NCBI GenBank assembly: GCA_002269645.1
Contig: NIVC01000040.1
Location: 806,001 to 870,000 of the forward strand
Source: Macrostomum lignano
Lineage: Eukaryota
Length of the DNA: 64,000 nucleotides
Reading direction: 5' to 3'
Shown here: positions 49,340 to 62,812 of the stretch, one piece after another
Layout of the letters: each line of letters opens with the position of its first letter
Position numbering within the stretch: position 1 is the stretch's first letter
The notes under the pieces: generated by a model
Database searches by the model: none
Told to the model about the DNA's origin: nothing
The model's input: only the letters and a program-made list of their open reading frames with translations
Translations under genes and position numbers: made by a program

Positions 49340-51428
49340 TTAAACAGGCGTTGCGGCTGACGTTCCAGCTGAGTGTGCAGTAGCAGTAGCCATCGAGCTG
49401 CCGCCGCCGCCGCCGCCGCCGCCGTCAGCGCCTCGACAGGTCAGACTAACAGAGCGGACAAAGTGAAAATCGGCAGTGCGACAATGCGGACACGCCAGCG
49501 GCTGCGAGAATTGGGAAAACGCCGTCGGCAGATCGCCAGGCTCCGTGACCAGCGGCCGCCGGCAGTGGCTGCACAGAAGTCGCTCCGGGCAGCAGGGCGA
49601 ACAGGCGAGTACGTCGAATGTGTAAATTCCGCCAACTAGCAGGTGCGAGCCGTCCCAGGTGCGCTGACAGTAGCGGCAGCGGCTATGCAACTGCGGCTGT
49701 CTGGTACGGCAGGCGCAGTGCAGACAGACGGCGTGCAGGAAGCCCTTTCCGCACGCCGGACCGTCCGAGCTCTGGTGCCGCACCGGGCTGAGAAAGAACG
49801 TCCCGTCAATGAGCGGGAAATGATCGTACACGGGCATCTGATGGCCGCAAAGGACGCAGGGAACTTGCGGACTCCTACAAGCGGTTAGGGTGGTGAGCAC
49901 CAACGACTTAAGCTCGTCATTCTCGGTCGAGCTGTCGTCCTCAGTGACGATGTGGAATTTGTTCTGCTTGCTCCTCGGCAGAACTTTCAAGCTGTCGAAG
50001 TTGTCCAGCCGGCGGCGGAATATGTTGCCGCGGTTGCGCAGCTGGTGCTGCAGGGCCGGCGCAGCGGGCGGCGGCTGTTGCGAGTAGACCAAGGAGGTGA
50101 ATGGCACCGTTGAAGTCTCGGATCTTGTCGGGCTCAGACTGAACGCGGCGCCGAAGCCGCCGTGGCTTGACGAATTGCTGAGGTTCCGCAGTCTTTTATT
50201 AAGCATGTCTGTCGGACTGTTGTAGGAGCCGACGCCGACGCCACCGCTGCTGCCCATGAGGTAGTAGCCATTGTTGGACCCAGCTGTCTGCTGCTGACGT
50301 CTACGGCCGATCAACTGCGGCTGCGAGGCGGCTGTCGCAGATCCCGGACGCGACTGATCTCTCACCAGCTGGCCCTTGCCGCAGGGGCAACGGAGGAGCT
50401 TCTGTTGATCGCCACGAACTGACTGAGTTGGCGACATTGCAGATGCAGACTTTTGATGACTGCCGCTGGCGGCTGAGCGCTCCCACCGGTTGAGACAGTC
50501 CAAATGGGCCCACAGAACTGCATTCGGTATTCAAAGTATTCTTGAATATTCTTCTATTCTTCTATTCAATATTCTTCTATTCAAAGTATTCTGCCCATTC
50601 CGCTGTCACATACAAGCGAGCTATGCAATACTGTACGAAGGGACGCACTCATACACACGCTCACACAGGGTGTACAGCGTCCAGCTGACTTTCTAATCGT
50701 CAGGCATGTACACTCTCTGTAGATGTACGTGTTGCCTGTGGGTAATCTACGGTGTGGATGAGTTGTCTGTTGTTAAATCTACGATATGGATGAGTTGTCT
50801 ATGGGTAGTCTACGCTGTGGATGAGTTGTCTATGGGTAGTCTACGCTGTGGATGAGTTGTCTATGGGTAGTCTACGCTGTGGATGAGTTGTCTATGGGTA
50901 GTCTACGCTGTGGATGAGTTGTCTATGGGTAGTCTACGCTGTGGATGAGTTGTCTATGGGTAGTCTACGCTGTGGATGAGTTGTCTATGGGTAGTCTACG
51001 CTGTGGATGAGTTGTTTATGGGTAATCTACGCTGTGGATGAGTTGTCTATGGGTAGTCTACGTCTAGTACCTAGTAGCGTGGAAATTAAGCCAATTGTAT
51101 CAGAGAAGAGCTCACCCTGACCGCAGGAGTGCCCCGAGCACACCAGTTTAACAGCGTCTTGACACTCCTCCGGATCCGAGATGATGGCCGAATTCTGTCT
51201 GGTCTGATTCGGCGGCAGCAGATGGGAATCGACGGAGTGCAGACAGCAGGTCACGCTGCTCAGCTGATGATTATGATAATGATGATGCTGGTTGTGATGA
51301 TGATTGGTGTTGAGACCGTTCTCGACCGCCCTCTGAGCATCCTGCAGCTTGCCCGCTGGCCTGAATCGATAGGCTGTCATTCCTCCAGAGCCGCTGCTGT
51401 TGCTGCGAGGCTGCAGGGAGGTGGACAT
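49340..51428 (-). CDS. HECA: Headcase-like protein, ~496 aa, 2 exons
   Basis: complement(join(49340..50517,51116..51428)), phase 1. DAVKLVCSGHSCGQVLWAHLDCLNRWE, CPCGKGQLVRD, CVLC...YDHFPLIDGTFFLSP, WDGSHLLVGGIYTFDV, CPHC...FHFVR. Confidence 0.9.
50750..51062. repeat. 31-bp minisatellite in headcase intron
   Basis: GTGGATGAGTTGTCTATGGGTAGTCTACGCT units. Confidence 0.95.
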
Positions 51429-52039
51429 TGCCTCGGTGACTTTTGAGTAAAACAATCAGTGACTGAAGTATGGTATGCCGTTGAAAACAAAGTAGCAGAG
51501 CCCGCTAAACGGCCGTAGACTTTCGGACGCGGCTTTTGTAAAAAAACAGAGAAAGAGAGACCGAAATGTGGTGCAGTTGTAGTTAGCCTGTGTGTGGCTC
51601 TTCGTCGAGGGGGTGTGGGCGAAGCAACAGAGGGAGTGAGAGAGAGAGAGAGAGGTGAGAGGGGCATTGTAGACAAGACAGAGTATTAAGAGCTCTAACC
51701 CGCCTGGCTTTCTCGCCTTCAGTGCACATTTGCATTCAGTACAGCCGGCCTTGCCCACTGTCTTCATGAACTTTTAGTACGCGCACTGGACGCATGTGCA
51801 TGGGGCTATCGTTGCTGTAGTGGGGGGGGAGAGAAATGACGAGTGGAAGAGAAAAACAGCTCGTAGAGACGCAAAAAATAGCCAAAAAATGTACACTGTG
51901 TGTACGCAGACACAGCAGCGCTGTGTTCAATCCCGACTTCCTCGCTTCCTCCAACGATTGCACTAAAGCTACTTCGGTACACGCAATAAGGAAGGCGCGT
52001 GACAATTCATAAGGACATTTGAACTAGTGGGGATTCATA

Positions 52040-52415
<376 letters not shown>

Positions 52416-53024
52416 ACGCCCTATGACATGACAAAGAAGATGCAACTGAAAATTACTTCAAAGGCAAAGCCAACTGAAAGCCAAATGCCCCAATTACAGG
52501 GGACTCGCGGCAAGAGGTCCCAAGTCCTCATTATCCAGGTCTGCCATCAAAAACTTCAGCTCATAATTTCAGGTTGTCTGCCGGTGGCCCGCACCATGTA
52601 CTTGTCTATCAGGTTGACTGTATGATGAGAAAATTGCAGAGTCCCTGCTGAGCTCTCTGCTGCTCTCTGTCTGATCCGACTGAAGAAGTTTGAACGAAAC
52701 GGTGCACTATATGAGGTCAATTGAGACAGCTGTGAAGCTGGATAATTTCTCAATCTTTCTCTCCATCTGTCTTCTAAGCCTGTCATTCTAGAGTTAGTTG
52801 CTTCTCAGGAATTTTCTAGTGACTTTCGGAGTCCTTTGCGGCTGAATTTCAGGTTTATAATTTTTTTCTGAGAAAGTACCCGGCAAAAATTTTAATCGTT
52901 GCGGTGAATAAATTCAAAACACGCATTTAGTCTACTCTTAGTAGCACGAGTACAAGCTGTTTAGCTCTATGTGTTATAATTAGCTGTCATGGATAGGAAA
53001 AAATTAAAATTAAGTAAAACTGGC

Positions 53025-53335
53025 GCCACTCGTGACAAATCTGGCGCCTCTTGAAATTAATCTGGCGTCATTAGGATAAATCTGGCGCCATTTGAGAGGA
53101 ATCTAGCGCCACTTGGAATAAATTTCATGGAATCAATCTGGCGCCACATGGAATAAATCTGGAACCACATGAAATAAATCTGGCGCCACATGTAATAAAA
53201 CTGGCGCCAGTCGAGATAAATCTGGCGCCACATGAAATAAATCTGGCTTGTGGCGCCATATTTGGTACGACTCTGGCGCCATATGAAATAAATTTGGAAT
53301 GAATCTGGCGCCACTTAGGATAAACATGGTGCCTT
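53025..53335. repeat. Degenerate ~21-bp repeat containing ATCTGGCGCCA
   Basis: About 13 CTGGCGCC cores with variable spacers. Confidence 0.8.
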
Positions 53336-53952
53336 TCATAAACATGTAGGTTCAGTTGACATTAAAACAGCGTTGCAAAAGCAGAAGTACTGCATATACA
53401 GTACCTGATAAACTGTGGAACAGTTGACTTCAGGTAATTATAAAAATGCAGTCAATAAGGTTTGCCTAAGGAAAACTACCTGATCCATATGAGATATACC
53501 TCCATACTGCCATATACATGCAGGTATCTAAGCCTTTCTCTAATAAGCAGAGACGAAAAGCAGTGTTCTCTACAGAACACTATTTTATAGAGGGTTATGC
53601 AAGCCCCAAACAAACAATTTATGAAATAAATTGTCCATTTTTTCTCCATCGGCTCCGAGCGAGCTCGTCTGCCTTGAGTTGAATTTTGTGTAAATCTTAA
53701 ATAGAGCTTGCTATGTCAAACTCTTGCTCATTTAGAGGCAAACCTCTCTTGCTGTTGGAGAGTATAAAACCGTTAGAGCAGACTCATAGCCAGGGAGAGA
53801 GGGGCTGCAGTATTCGGCTGTTTTTATATCTCTTTCTCTTATCTCTGTTTGAGCACCGAATACTATTAAGAGATTGAAATAAACACTCTGCTCATTTGTT
53901 TTAAGTTTTTGATTATAAGGGTTTTATTATATATGGCATTAGACCATTAGAC

Positions 53953-56900
53953 ATGCCGGAGCTTGAAAGAAGCTCGACCACTGTTGCTGCTGCTGCTGGC
54001 TGCTCAACTAACGGAAGAGGAGAGGAGTTGATCAGACGATCCATCACCAAGATGGACTGGTGAGTTGCTGAGTGAATGGAGGTGAGTTGCTGAGTGAATG
54101 GAGGTGAGTTGCTGAGTGAATGGACTGGTGAGTTGCTGAGTGAATGGACTGGTGAGTTGTTGAGTGAATGGAGGTGAGTTGCTGAGTGAATGGACTGGTG
54201 AGTTGCTGAGTGAATGGAGGTTAGTTGCTGAGTGAATGGAGGTGAGTTGCTGAGTGAATGGACTGGTGAGTTGCTGAGTGAATGGAGGTGAGTTGCTGAG
54301 TGAATGGACTGGTGAGTTGCTGAGTGAATGGAGGTGAGTTGCTGAGTGAATGGAGGTGAGTTGCTGAGTGAATGGAGGTGAGTTGCTGAGTGAATGGAGG
54401 TGAGTTGCTGAGTGAATGGAGGTGAGTTTCTGAGTGAATGGAGGTGAGTTGCTGAGTGAATGGGGGTGAGTTGCTGAGTGGATGATGATGATTGCTGAGT
54501 GAAAAGAGGTGAGTTGCTGAGTAAATGATGGCAATCGAGACGTCAGGTAGATATTGAAGAGATATTGAGTGGATAGTTGTGAGATACTGACCGGATAGCA
54601 GTGACGATGCTGAGAAGATGGTGCTTAGATGCTGTGCTGAGCATCAAAACCTTAGATTATATTTTTGTATTCTGTGGCGGTATTGGCCAGCACTAGCGCA
54701 TACAACCCTGGATAAATCACAACGCACGGAAGTTTTTGCACTGAGACGTCAAGAAGCCTCACCTATGAGGGCAGCTCAGCGTAATTAAGTTTAATAAAAA
54801 ATGATGGAGACGGACTCACATCTGACGGTTGTGTAGAGGACCTGCAGTTGGTGGGCTCTATAGGTTCTTAGTTACAATAGCACTTGTGACGCCTTAGGCC
54901 GCTCAAAGCTGCACTGACGGACTGAATCGGTCAATACCAATTGTTGGCGGGGGAGCTTGGGAAGGATTGGCCTCATGGGATTTAACTGTACAGTGTACTC
55001 TCCCATCTTCCAGTCTCACCTCATCCTATATAGAGCCTCATCATTGGTATGGGCGCACACGTTTAAAGTTAAGACACGCAAGTCCGCGAGTCAGTCAGTC
55101 AGGCTTCATTAAAAACATTACTAGCTACTATAAGCCAAGCTGGTACGCGGCTAGCTGACTGTATTGTATAGATGAGTGTAACGATAATTTCATTACGCAT
55201 CTCTACTATCAATAGTTAAGTAGCCTACAGTTGATTTGTTACCGGACCAGCTCCCGGTAGATTAAGGCTTTTGTTGAACCAATCTAAAGAGATTGTGCGG
55301 TTGCTTCCGGGATTGAAGGCGGAGAGGCGGAGGCGGAGGTAGAGGAAGACCAGACAATCTGTCTGGTCCGCCTCTTCTGTCAAGAGCAACGCCGCCAAGG
55401 TATTTAAACTCAAACTGAGCCAGAATTTCGACATGACCAATCCGCAAGCAAGACCTGTCACTGACACTGATAACATCAACAATACTAGTAGTAGCACTGG
55501 TTCGTTTCTACAGTATCTAGTCGAGCTATTCGATTTTGAGGAGACCGGCCGGCTGTTATCTGAGTGCGAAAGGCAGTGAGTAATAACGACATAAGGCTTG
55601 TCGCGTGTGCACAAAAACTGTTATTCATGCTTTTGATACATTTAGGAGGCAGACCGAATGTTAATTTTTTTCCGTGCGTTGCAAAAAAGGCACAACTAAG
55701 CTAAGAATGATATATTACTAAAAAAATAAGAAGTCGACACGTTTCAGAGTGCGCAGTAAATTCTAGCTCAGCATTGACTTTTAAGTGACGCAACGCGACG
55801 CAGAGCTGGGCTGGGTGAGGAGGGATTGGGAAGAGCGGAGGGCGAAGATCGGATCGATTGAAGCTTCCGCCCGGTTTTCATTGCTTTTTTCAAGCATTTT
55901 TTAATATCAGAATGGTTGGCCAGGTGAAAGACGTTGGTTGAAAGACACTGCTTCTTTCCAAGAAACGTTATAGTCTCGCGCCCTTCTACTTGAGTAGTCA
56001 TTGATCTTTCTGCAAGTGGGTGCTAAAGAGAGTCGGCGGACTGAGTGCGTAAGATGTTTCACTACAGACAACCAGTTGAACCTTCTGCACAAAAGTAGAA
56101 GACACGAAGTAGACAAGTGAATTTGCGGCATCAAAGTATTTTGGGTGATTAAAAAAGTTCGAAAGTTTGAAATTTCACCCCGCAACAACCGCAGGCTGAG
56201 CACTGCCCGGCTGACTCTGCAGCTCAACGAAGAGGAGCGACGACGAGCTGCCTGTCTCGGCAAGCTGCAGTACCTGCAGACCCGGCTGACAGCATTCGAG
56301 CAGAGGAATCAGCTTCATCAGCAACATACTGAGCCTTCGATATCGGCTCAACCTCCAACGCCGTCTTCGTGTCAATCAACGCAAAAGCCGCAGCATCAGC
56401 AGCAACCGGAGCTGCTGAGATCAGCCACCGGAATGCGCCTGACTCCCAGCACGCACCTGCTAGCCCAGCAGGAGCGCGATCGGGATATTCAACAGCGCCG
56501 TCGTCGCCGGGTTGGTCGCCAGCTACCGTCGACGATGAGCGGCGCGCCGCTACTCGGCCGGTCGCTGCAGCAGGCGGCCGCCGCCGGCAGTGAGAGGTCG
56601 GCCAACTCAGCTGGCGAAGCCTCGCTGCCAGCACAGACTACCGAGATCACTGCAAGCCGACAAGCTGCTCTGCCGCCTCCGGCACCGCCGCCTCCTCCGG
56701 CAACAACGCCGCAACCGCCGCCGCTGCCAGAGTCAGTGACTCGATCTGCCGGCTTCTACAAGCTGGGCTTCGCGCCTGGTGAACGGGGCGCCGCGGCGCC
56801 GCCTCTCGACGGTCGGCTAGACGGCCAACGGGCCAGCCTGCAGCGACAGCGGCAACGGCATCGAAGGAACGGCGGGGACAGCGGCGGCGGCGGCTTTTCT

Positions 56901-57074
56901 TATCTGGACGGTCAAGCGAAGCGATTCCTGAAGGTGACAGCCTCGTCATCGGGGCACCAGCATCAGCAGAGGCAGCCGCCGGATTCAATAGCCGTTCGGC
57001 TGGCAATGCGAGACTACGAGCGCACCTTTCTGCAGCCGCGGAATCCGGTCAACTCACCCGAACCGGACGCTTAA
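53953..57074 (+). CDS. Uncharacterised 2-exon protein (~328 aa): N-terminal coiled coil, Gln/Pro/Ala-rich body
   Basis: join(53953..54059,56195..57074): ...ATG GAC TG|gtgagt ... caaccgcag|G CTG gives MPELERSS...ITKMDWLSTARLTLQLNEEERRRAAC...; GC-rich codon usage; AATAAA after stop. Extra exons not excluded. Confidence 0.6.
54052..54530 (+). repeat. 22/24-bp minisatellite containing a 5' splice-site consensus in every unit
   Basis: Units TGAGTTGCTGAGTGAATGGA(CT)GG; begins at the exon 1/intron junction. Confidence 0.92.
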
Positions 57075-57628
57075 CGACACAGCATTGCTTGAATCATTTC
57101 GTATATGTTTACCAATGGCCTTACTCTACTTTTCAAAACAAAATAATAAATACAAAGAATAAACGAAGAAAACAATTCTCAATTAATATTTGACAGCTAT
57201 TTGGAATCTGTAGCTGATTAATTATACTCTGAATATATATTTAAGTATGAGCAGTACAAGCGTGTTAGAATTAGAAGATAGAAGAGAAGAGAAAAAGAAT
57301 GAACTGTGTATTCAGTAATAAAAATTAGGCAAAACCAATTCAAATAATATACATCAGATGGCGGGAGCTTACTAGCTACTTGCAAATTTGATAGCATAGT
57401 GTAAATATTGTGTCAAATAATCGGTATCACTTTTAGATTTCAGTCTTTTTATAATATATATAAAATTTTAGGTCAACCAGTGTCCAATTTTTGTTTTCGT
57501 CTTGCTAAATAACTGACGGCTTGAATGTACATTCATTCAAATGTACATTCGCGGGGGTAGGAGTGAAGGAGGATGAGGTGGATGGGTAGAAAGTCAGAGA
57601 TCGAAGGCTCAGCCAATCAAAACGCGCC

Positions 57629-60600
57629 TCACTCGGAGCCAGTCTGCAACAGATTCAACGCCTGAACCAAATAGTCTATGGCAGTTTTGGCATCCTGATA
57701 CTGCAGTGCCGAGCCGGCGAATTTGCACAGCTTGCCAGCTTTAGTATACTGATCCATGCTCAGGTTTGAGTGGGGGGCGCCAGCCTGTATGCGACTGCCG
57801 GGAGCCGGCATCGACGAAGTGCCAGACGCCGCGGCGGCGGGAGCGGCAGCTTGCTGCTGGGGCGGAGTTGCTGGCCTCTGTGGCGGCGGCGGTTGCGACG
57901 GCTGCTGCGGTGGCGGCTGCTGCGAGGGCGGCAAGTTGAACCCAGCAGCCGGTGCAGCAGCAGCCGCGGAGGCGCCGCCGCCCAGCTGACTCATGTCTGG
58001 CGCTTCCTCGCCGCCCTCCTCGCCGCCCAACGGCCCGGCGTGCGGAGTTTCGCCATTCTTCCGGCACTGAGTAATGTACAGAGCCTTCCATTTGGCGTAT
58101 TTGCGACACTTTTCAAGCTCTTCGCCAACTGTGCCAAACGATTGTAAAACGTCGAGAAGCACGCCGGCAGTGTAGAACGATTTAACAGTTGTCGGGCCGA
58201 AATCGCCAGATCTGTCGCGATTATCGGCAAAAGCAAACAATTGCAAAGCCTTGTTCTCGACAGCCGCTTGGCCAACAACACTATCGGGCGTGAACACCTC
58301 CGGATTGGTGCGGGACAGCTCGGTTTTGCTTGACTCCAGCTGACCCATTAGGCTTGTGAGGAATTGGCGAGCGTCGGGACTGCGCTTGTCAATAGACATG
58401 CCCTTCTCTAGGGCGTGCAGGCGGCCTACAATTAGGATTGGATAGACAATCACTAGTGCGAAATATTCAATTCAGACTACTGAGAAAAGTAGACGAATAA
58501 AAGTTTGATTTGTAAAAGTTTTTGCTTAGCCCAACTGTTGTCATATGATTTAAAAAAGCAAACTAGATAATAATAAAATTCTTAGCATTGATGCTTCATT
58601 AAACAAAACAAAAATTAAATCAGTGTACTACAGTAATAAATAATTAATATAGCCAATAGCTAATTAATAAAAAAGCAAGTATAGGCTCTAGGTTTTTTAA
58701 TCTTGTTTTTTTTGAAGTTTTTTCTATTAAAGGCAAGGGCTATATGAGCTATATTACCCTGGCACACCTTTTAGTAGAATTTTTAAATAGCTAGCAAGAG
58801 GCAGTACTACCCATTCTGCTGATTCCCTTAAGCAGGCACATAAGTATAATATGCCTAGTCATATGTAAATAGGTACACACACAAAATATACAATGGTCCT
58901 AACTTATACGCTCGTAGTTGAAACTATAAGGCTCAAATGGTAGGACAAATATTCAGAATACTTGCAATTGGATCTAATTGACCAAATATTCAATTTGAAT
59001 TAGCATTGGAAAGTTGACAATCTGAATACTAAATAATTGCTTTGATATGGAATGAATATTAGGAACAAGTTAAGAGTAAAGTATTGATGCTATCCTGTGG
59101 CTTTTAAATGAAGGGAAGGAATTACAGTTAGTTGTGCTCTGAGGAAAGGCAGAGGGATTACCCGGATTAGAGGTATAACAATTTAGCACATTGAGTTAAG
59201 ATTTTATAAGGCTTTAAGAGTGGAGAACTGAGAAGTTTGAGTTTGAAGTGTTGAGAGTGCTAAGGGTTGTGGACTTGTTGCTTATAAATGAAGGGGGAAT
59301 TAAGGATACAGCATGTGGCATGTGTTAAGGAAAGGCAGGGATACTTGAGCAATTACAAGCAAGTTGTGTTTAGATTTGAGGCTTTAAAGGAAGTGAAGCA
59401 TTAGGAATTGAATTGAACATACATTTGGGGGTGCTGTTTCTTACAAACTTGGAGGGGTGGGATTGGCATTTGGTCTAGACATATTTTTAGTGAATAAGAA
59501 GTAAAGATGATGGCCTATTGGTTAAAGGCTGTCAAAGGGATATTATTCATTGAAATATTCATATTTGGTATTATTTGGTATTCAAATTGGTTCTATTAGA
59601 TATTTGAATTGAAATGAATTGGTTCCAAAATTTTATCTTGTCACATCTCTATAACAAAGTGATATAAGCTGAAAATTTTGCCTGATTTTGGGCTAGGCAA
59701 AAATTTTATATTATGCTAATATTATCCTCCAGATTGCTCCTACTTATTCCCTGAAAAAAAGTATTTTGAGATATTTTTGCATGTGCTATTGCATATATTG
59801 GACATTTTTTTATTTTTCCCAATGTCTAAAGCAAAAGTAAATGGTTAAAATAGTCTAAATCCCAATATTAGTAAGTCTTAGGAGGTCAAAGACAGAATTT
59901 GCATGCAACTTTAGTAGCAACCACAACTACGTCCAATTCTATTTATTCAAATAAAATAAAAAGTAAAAAATATAGACTGAACTTAAATTATATTATAAAT
60001 GCTTTACTAATTACCACCTCCTAAAAAGACAGAAAAATGCTACTAAATTTGCACTAGACCCTTTGAATTTATGCATTTGTACCATTTTCACACTTGGAGC
60101 AAATTAGTACCTGAATCATACATTCATACCACTGATTGGTTTGTAATAAGAAGGTAAATTACTATCTAGTTAACTGTCATAAGATAGTGGCTATACTTAG
60201 GAAGGTATCAAATATACATAGGCCTAGGAATATATTTTAGCCTTTTTTAGAATATAGGCCAGTAGCAAAGCTAAAATACAATTATAAATCTTTCTTCTTT
60301 TGAGTCTTACCATTTTACCTAAGCCTTATTGATAATTGTAATTTAAGTTTCCTGTTTCTAAATTAGTTCTACTACATCTTTTAGACTCTTTTAAAACTCT
60401 TTCAAAACTCTCTTTTAGACTCTTCTTTTAGACTTTCTAGTTAGACTCCTAGGCCTAGGGTGTTGGAACCTCTCATTGCCATATATAGTGTTATATATCT
60501 AACAAGTTGTTTCCTACTACAAAGATGCACATTTTTAAATAAAATTTTATTATAGAGAATTAGGGCCTACTATGAAATCTATAGACTATAGTAGCTATTT

Positions 60601-60797
60601 GACATGAGTAGGCCTAATGACTTAAAATGGAAAAAGCAAAATAATAAGCAAATTAAATTACTAAGCCAAATCCTGAAAAAAAACAGAAACAAACACTTAC
60701 AGTAATATGCCACTATTGGATCTCGACTCTCGATTTCTGTAGCCGTTTTAAGGAAAATATTTATTCCCTTTAGTGATGGTGGCGTTGCTTGTGCCAT
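57629..60797 (-). CDS. VTA1: Vacuolar protein sorting-associated VTA1/LIP5, ~297 aa
   Basis: complement(join(57629..58425,60701..60797)), phase 1 (YYT|GC). RDPIVAYYCRLHA, KSFYTAGVLLDVL, KYAKWKALYI, KLCKFAGSALQYQDAKTAIDYL. Confidence 0.95.
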
Positions 60798-61242
60798 GAA
60801 AAGAATTGATAATAGAATAAGGCACTGTAGTTATAAGAAATGATTGTAGGAAAAATGTAGATAGGAAAGAACTGTTTTAAATTTTAACTTTGATTTGTTG
60901 TTTATGTTACTTTATTAGCTAGCTTAATCGATTGCTTGGTTCCTGAAGCCTGGTTGTATCTCAAAGCATTAAGAAATATGCAAACTCTAACGATAATTTT
61001 TGCTTCGGGGTTGTAGTGGTTTCCTGGATTTATTGAACCTTTAAAAAGTTAAAGAAACGCATTTTCCATCAAAACTCGAATAAGCTAAGCCAAGAAGACC
61101 AGAATTTATAATTATATCCTCAAACATGCAAAACAGTTATAACTACATAGGATTGATAACGTCTCGAAAGTCAAAACGTAATTTTTTATACTGTTGTATT
61201 TCCTTGGGTCTCTATTTTAAAAAACCGAAAGTTTTTGGCAGT

Positions 61243-61593
61243 CAGCCTCTTCGAACCGGTTCGACGCTTTTCATATCGATGGTTCGAAAACAGAATCAGT
61301 TCAAGAACATGGTTCTGGTTCTAGAATATGGTTCGAGAAATTTTCTTGAACCGTTGTATCTTACACTTTAACAGTAAAATATATTTGAAATCGTCAATTT
61401 TTTATTATTGTTATATAATTATTCCGTTTTTTTTGTCATATCCATGCAAGAGGAAACAAAGTCAAAGAACGACAAAATTAAATTGTAAAGATTGTCAAAC
61501 ATAAATGGGTTTGAAGCTCATCATTTCACACTGGTTCTGGTTCTACAACTCGAATTTATTCTGGTTCTAGAACCGATTGCCGTGAAGAGGCTC
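61243..61593. mobile_element. Possible degenerate MITE related to the 28459 element
   Basis: GCCTCTTC ... GAAGAGGC inverted ends, right end followed by TTA, internal GGTTCTGGTTCTAGAA motifs; left TSD not seen. Confidence 0.35.
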
Positions 61594-61784
61594 TTAGTCG
61601 GATAGTCGTTCGATCGAAAATACCGTAAAAAATTTCAGACGCTCTTTCAAATACCTTACTTATACAAATATCGTACCTCGTATTCATCACTATATAAAAA
61701 TAATCAACCTTTTGAACAAATATTAAATACATCTCGAATCATATTGGCAAAACAGGCTCTTTTGCCTGATCGAAACTTACTATA

Positions 61785-61793
61785 ATACTACTA

Positions 61794-61842
<49 letters not shown>

Positions 61843-61867
61843 ACTACTACTACAACTACTACAACTT

Positions 61868-61918
<51 letters not shown>

Positions 61919-61953
61919 ACTACTACTACAACTACTACAACAACTACTACTAC
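61785..61953. repeat. (CTA)n microsatellite
   Basis: Direct observation. Confidence 0.95.
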
Positions 61954-61990
61954 TCAGGGACAACTTTATACCGACAGGCGTATGGCCGGT

Positions 61991-62013
61991 GGGCCGCAGT
62001 TTGCCGACCCCTG
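61991..62013 (-). mobile_element. Isolated hAT (Charlie/Buster-type) terminal sequence
   Basis: Reverse complement reads CAGGGGTCGGCAAACTGCGGCCC, a typical hAT end; partner end only vestigial (CAGGGACAA at ~61955). Confidence 0.5.
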
Positions 62014-62284
62014 GCTTTAGGGCAAAGATCAGACTCCTGTAAAAAGCTGAAAGCTAGTTTAACGTTGTGATCGGGGCTATTAAAATTTGGTTTTATACAA
62101 AAATATACTTGATGAAAAAACTATAGGTTTATTAAACATGAGTATTAATAAGGAAATGTAGACGTAGAACACCAAAAGACAGACAATTAGAGATTACATG
62201 GCACATTTGGCCGTATGAATAAAGTGAGTAGCTGCTCAAACTCCGAAAGTTCTAGTAGCAATGTCCAACACTATTTTGGTTTTC

Positions 62285-62650
62285 GGACTTATGATATTTC
62301 GGGTTTGAGATATTTTGGGTCTACGATGAGCAATGCTATTTCGGTTTTCGGAGTTGTGATGTTTCGGGTTATGATATTTCGGGTCTATGATATTTCGGGT
62401 CTATGATATTTCTTCGGGTCTATGATATTTCGGGTTTATGATATTTCGGGTTTGTGATATTTCGGGTTTATGATATTTGGGGTCTATGATATTTCGGGTT
62501 TATGATATTTCGTGTTTATGATATTTCGTGTTTATGATATTTCGGGTCTATGATATTTCGGGTTTATGATATTTCGTGTTTATGATATTTCGGGTCTATG
62601 ATATTTCGGGTTTATGATATTTCGGGTCTATGATATTTCGGGTTTGTGAT
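62285..62650. repeat. 16-bp minisatellite GATATTTCGGGT(C/T)TAT
   Basis: Direct tandem copies. Confidence 0.92.
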
Positions 62651-62812
62651 GGCGACCCAAAATAACTGGAGGCTGGAACAGCTGATAAATGGCTGCTAAC
62701 CGAGTCAAAGTATAATGAATGAAATCCGGTCAAAACGCTTTGTTTCCGTGAACCGTGAACCGCGCGCTATGGCAAGAACTCAAGGACTTCAACGTAAAGA
62801 ACATGCAATCAT

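Noticed and set aside
49325-49342. Stop-codon readthrough as in Drosophila headcase
   Set aside because: Another in-frame TAA follows four codons later (TAA GCC TTG AGC TAA), so no meaningful extension is possible.
59090-59360. Degenerate ~190-bp duplication in the VTA1 intron
   Set aside because: Old and stop-ridden in all frames; no identifiable element ends.
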